From Candidatus Poribacteria bacterium (lineage in GTDB: Bacteria > Poribacteria > WGA-4E > WGA-3G), in the NCBI GenBank assembly GCA_964291315.2, contig OZ219753.1, positions 384,001 to 448,000 of the forward strand: a stretch of DNA of 64,000 nt, read 5' to 3'. The position numbers and the translations under genes are program-made. The notes beneath the pieces are model-generated. The model worked only from the letters and a program-made list of their open reading frames with translations. It was not told where the DNA came from and searched no databases. Shown here piece after piece: positions 60,709-64,000 of the stretch; the stretch's first letter is position 1, and the number at the start of each line of letters is the position of its first letter.

Positions 60709-61920
60709 CTAACTGATCTTAGCGAATTGCTTCCCCGGCAACTGCTGCACAACATCCTTGAGCTCCAGCATCAAAAGCACGCTAGAAACCTGACTAATAG
60801 GTAATTGTGTTGTCCGAACGATAACATCAATATGCGATGACGGAGCTTGGATAGCATCGAAAACCAGCTTTTCATCTGCTGTTAAATCCGGTGGGACGCT
60901 CTGAACAGGCCGCTGGGTTTTGGCAGATGATTGTAGGTTACTGTGTTCAGTGCCAGCCTTCTCAACAGATAGCTTTTGAGAAGATCCAGCTTCTATATCT
61001 GCCCTGGATGATGTAGGTGCCAAAGACTGTATTTGGTTTAATACATGCTGGGGGAGCTCATTGAGGAGATCATCCACGGTGCCGATAAGTTTCGCACCAT
61101 TATTAATTAATTTATGAGTCCCTGTAGAAAGCTCGGAGAAGATTTCTCCCGGCACAGCAAAGACTTCTCTGCCTTGTTCACTTGCAAGCCGAGCTGTAAT
61201 AAGCGCACCGCTTTGGTTTGATGCCTCCACTACAACAGTTCCGAGCGTCAATCCACTGATAATACGGTTACGACGTGGAAAATTCCTAGGTTTCGGTTTA
61301 ACTTTGATAGGAAATTCAGAAATCAGGGCACCAGAGGTCTCAATTTTTTCAGCGAGGCTGCGATTGGCTGCAGGATAGATAAGACTCAATCCGTTCCCCA
61401 TTACCGCGATGGTTCTACCACCTGCTTCAAGAGCCCCACGATGCGCCGATGTATCAATACCTTGTGCGAACCCGCTGACAACCGTCAGTCCAAGTTGCGC
61501 GAGTTGATAGCTCAGGCGATAACTCACTTTTCTCCCGTAATCCCTCGCCTGCCGAGAACCGACAATGGAAATGCTCAGTGAGTCTCCCGGCATCAGTTCA
61601 CCTTTGACGTACAGCACCAGTGGAGGCGTATCAATTTCTTTCAAGTACGACGGATATGTGTCATCATAAAGCGTTAAAACCCGACATCCATACTCCTTTA
61701 TCAACTCTAGCTCACGTTCTATCGGATATAAAACGGGTTTCTGAATCAACAGATCACACATCGCCGGTGAAATGCCATCTATCTTTCTAAGTTCATCTGA
61801 CGTTGCCTGCAGCGCCCGCTCTGCACTACCAAACACATCGCGCAAGACTTGAACCGTTTTTAATCCAACGCCTTTCATCAAGTTAAAATGAATTAAACTG
61901 ATTGTCTCGTTAGAAAGCAT
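60709..61920 (-). CDS. dprA: DNA-processing protein DprA
   Basis: IVGSR, SGFAQGID, FPRRNRIISG, SGALITA, C-terminal winged helix. Confidence 0.94.
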   Translation of the reverse strand: MLSNETISLIHFNLMKGVGLKTVQVLRDVFGSAERALQATSDELRKIDGISPAMCDLLIQKPVLYPIERELELIKEYGCRVLTLYDDTYPSYLKEIDTPPLVLYVKGELMPGDSLSISIVGSRQARDYGRKVSYRLSYQLAQLGLTVVSGFAQGIDTSAHRGALEAGGRTIAVMGNGLSLIYPAANRSLAEKIETSGALISEFPIKVKPKPRNFPRRNRIISGLTLGTVVVEASNQSGALITARLASEQGREVFAVPGEIFSELSTGTHKLINNGAKLIGTVDDLLNELPQHVLNQIQSLAPTSSRADIEAGSSQKLSVEKAGTEHSNLQSSAKTQRPVQSVPPDLTADEKLVFDAIQAPSSHIDVIVRTTQLPISQVSSVLLMLELKDVVQQLPGKQFAKIS

Positions 61921-61994
61921 TTTCCCGCCTTGCGCGATGTTACAGATGAAATTTTTGGGCTCCTTTTCCAAACATGTTTATTGCTCATAGAACC

Positions 61995-62585
61995 CTACTG
62001 AGCCGCTGTTGCTGTTTCGGCTGGATCCGGAGGCAGCGCGTAATAGATCTCAATTTCTTGAATCTTCTTGTATTCAGCTGCGCTCGGGGCCCCAGTTTCC
62101 CCGCGTGTCGAACGTTTCTGGCCAGTCACGCGGCGCGAATCCCAACGACGCGGCACTTTCAACCGAAATTTTGTTGTGACAATCGGGTCCCTCAAAGTAA
62201 ACCTGTAAACTGTGCGAAGATTGTCTTTTACCTCTTTGATCGTAACCCATGTTCCCTCTTCATTCATATACTGAACTGAGAAGAATTCCATTTGACCCTC
62301 TTCGGCTTTAACGACAACTTGTTGTATAGTCTGTGGTTGTCGCCACTTGAGAACAGCTTCAGTATAGTCATCAGATTCCATCTGGGATGCCTGATCCTTT
62401 TCATCTTCAAGAATAGGCCCGGTCTCTCCGCGCGTGTGTATATTGTCGTCGTGATACCTTGTATCTTCACTTGTTGCATCAATTGCAATGTTCTCGCTCC
62501 AATTATAGTTTGGGTTTGACGCAAGAATACACCCTGATAATCCAATCAACCCGCAGAGAATTATCGCTAAGAGTCCAGATCGCAT
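61995..62585 (-). CDS. Hypothetical lipoprotein (discoidin-like beta-sandwich)
   Basis: Lipobox LSGC; WSENIA...IQEIEIY; paralog of the next gene. Confidence 0.65.
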   Translation of the reverse strand: MRSGLLAIILCGLIGLSGCILASNPNYNWSENIAIDATSEDTRYHDDNIHTRGETGPILEDEKDQASQMESDDYTEAVLKWRQPQTIQQVVVKAEEGQMEFFSVQYMNEEGTWVTIKEVKDNLRTVYRFTLRDPIVTTKFRLKVPRRWDSRRVTGQKRSTRGETGAPSAAEYKKIQEIEIYYALPPDPAETATAAQ

Positions 62586-62682
62586 ATGTCGCTCCTTGTC
62601 ATTCGAGACGGTTTAAAAACCGTTCGGTTTAGTCCGAGGTTCTGGCATCTATATAACAGCCAGTTTGGTATTTACACCCATA

Positions 62683-63321
62683 TTACTCCAATTCGAGTAA
62701 ATCATCAAGCTCTTTTTTACGTTTATCGGTGGCTTCTTCCAACGCTATCTGCTCAGAAGTCTTATAGCCGTAAAGTTCAATCTCTCGAATTTTGCCGACT
62801 GCGCGCCGACTACTAACATTCCAGCCCCTGCCGCCAGAACGTGCGCGTTCTTGACGACTCAGCAGAGCATCATCTTTTGTTCCCAAAACGCGCAACCGAA
62901 TTCGATCCGTCGGAAATGGAATTAGTAGAGAAATTTTAATAGGGCTGCTTTTGACGCTCTTTACGTCTTTAATCAACTGCCAATCTGCTTCAACCGCAAT
63001 ACTTCCTTTATCCGCGAAAATATCAAACTCTGTCAAATTATCGGAATGCACCACAATTCGACGGATAATCTTTCGTTCCGGCAAAGTAATCACAACTTGA
63101 GAGGCAGGATTTGCACCAATGAACCCTTGTGAACCTGTGGGGAAGCTGGTTTCACCGATCGTATTGAGCTTGCCATCAATCATCTGAGGGCTTGTGGATT
63201 GTGTTCCTTCCATGAGAGCATAATTTTCGCTCCATTCCTGCTCCGAGAACAACACGCTGCACCCGCTGAAAACAACAGCAAAGCAGGACAGCGAAAAAAG
63301 GGCTATAAACCGATAGATCAT
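62683..63321 (-). CDS. Hypothetical lipoprotein (discoidin-like beta-sandwich)
   Basis: Lipobox FSGC; WSENYA, MIDGKLNT, IREIELYG. Confidence 0.65.
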   Translation of the reverse strand: MIYRFIALFSLSCFAVVFSGCSVLFSEQEWSENYALMEGTQSTSPQMIDGKLNTIGETSFPTGSQGFIGANPASQVVITLPERKIIRRIVVHSDNLTEFDIFADKGSIAVEADWQLIKDVKSVKSSPIKISLLIPFPTDRIRLRVLGTKDDALLSRQERARSGGRGWNVSSRRAVGKIREIELYGYKTSEQIALEEATDKRKKELDDLLELE

Positions 63322-63476
63322 CTTTTGACTCCTTATGATACCACACTCCGGTAGGAACCCGCGTGCTACGGTATTTCATTTAATTAATGATACAATGATT
63401 ACAAATTCAAATCAATAAGTCCTTCACAAAGCAACATGCTCTCTTAAGAAGGGCTATTAGTACGCAATGTCTCCGG

Positions 63477-64000
63477 TTAAGATACAACTTTCCAAGTAGC
63501 GCCCTGGCGGGTGTCTTGAATTTCAACGTTCAATTGTTTAAGCCGATCACGAATTTTATCCGATGTGTCCCAATCCTTGCGGTTTCGCGCATCCGTTCTT
63601 ATTTCTAAAAGCAGGTTAATGAGATCGTCACGTTGTTTGACATCATGCTCGCGACTATCCTGAGCTTCAGTATTATAAATACCGAGCACTTGACAGGTTT
63701 CAGATAAAGCGTGGTATGCTTCGTTGAAAACGGTGGAGGGAGTCTTATTAGCACCGCTAAGGGATTTGTTCACCTCACTGACGAGGGTGAAAATAGCCCC
63801 GAGGGCTTGTGCGGTATTGAAATCTGTATCCATTGCAGTCGTAAATCGCGATTTCATTTTTTGAACCGCTGCTTGAAGCGGTAAAACCGTTTCACACTCT
63901 CTCTCAAAGGGGCCATCATATTTTTTCAGGGCATCCAGACAGTTGCTCAAACGCCTGAACGCGCCCTCGGATTTCATCAAACTCTCACGATTGTAATCAA
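63477..64000 (-). CDS. cysS: Cysteine--tRNA ligase, C-terminal part (5'-partial)
   Basis: AMDTDFNTAQA, R..AR.RKDW..SD.IRD.L, IQDT..G.TW (DALR/anticodon domain). Confidence 0.92.
   Translation of the reverse strand, partial: DYNRESLMKSEGAFRRLSNCLDALKKYDGPFERECETVLPLQAAVQKMKSRFTTAMDTDFNTAQALGAIFTLVSEVNKSLSGANKTPSTVFNEAYHALSETCQVLGIYNTEAQDSREHDVKQRDDLINLLLEIRTDARNRKDWDTSDKIRDRLKQLNVEIQDTRQGATWKVVS

Overview
Chromosomal bacterial DNA of moderate GC content. The gene content points to Candidatus Poribacteria (inference): two PhyH dioxygenases, a DUF6785-type membrane protein, a dockerin-like protein, a lamin-tail protein ending GKLTTRWGELK, Uma2 and BMC genes. The window holds about 50 CDS, including thrS, partial cysS, ligA, icd, guaB-like, tsaD/tsaC, dprA, iscS, yitJ-like and nuoI, plus a Gly-Cys-Val tRNA operon and scattered DNA modification/defence genes (M.EcoRV-like MTase, MT-A70, GmrSD-like, Uma2). 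No CRISPR, rRNA, integrase or transposase was seen. Most notable: (1) a family of about 8 intergenic elements, 106-136 bp when complete, with TAAC...GTTA inverted ends enclosing GTAG-REP-like hairpins; they cluster at 16.9-33.1 kb and bracket accessory genes; (2) a secreted dockerin/c-heme/copper-monooxygenase fusion; (3) a BMC satellite (shell protein plus encapsulated aldehyde dehydrogenase) divergent from a highly diverged citrate-synthase-like gene; (4) a promoter-driven structured ~115-nt RNA candidate; (5) a UvrD/decayed-DHH/DEDDh fusion; (6) an IMPDH-like protein lacking the catalytic flap Arg-Tyr dyad. All calls come from reading motifs by eye; no searches were run.
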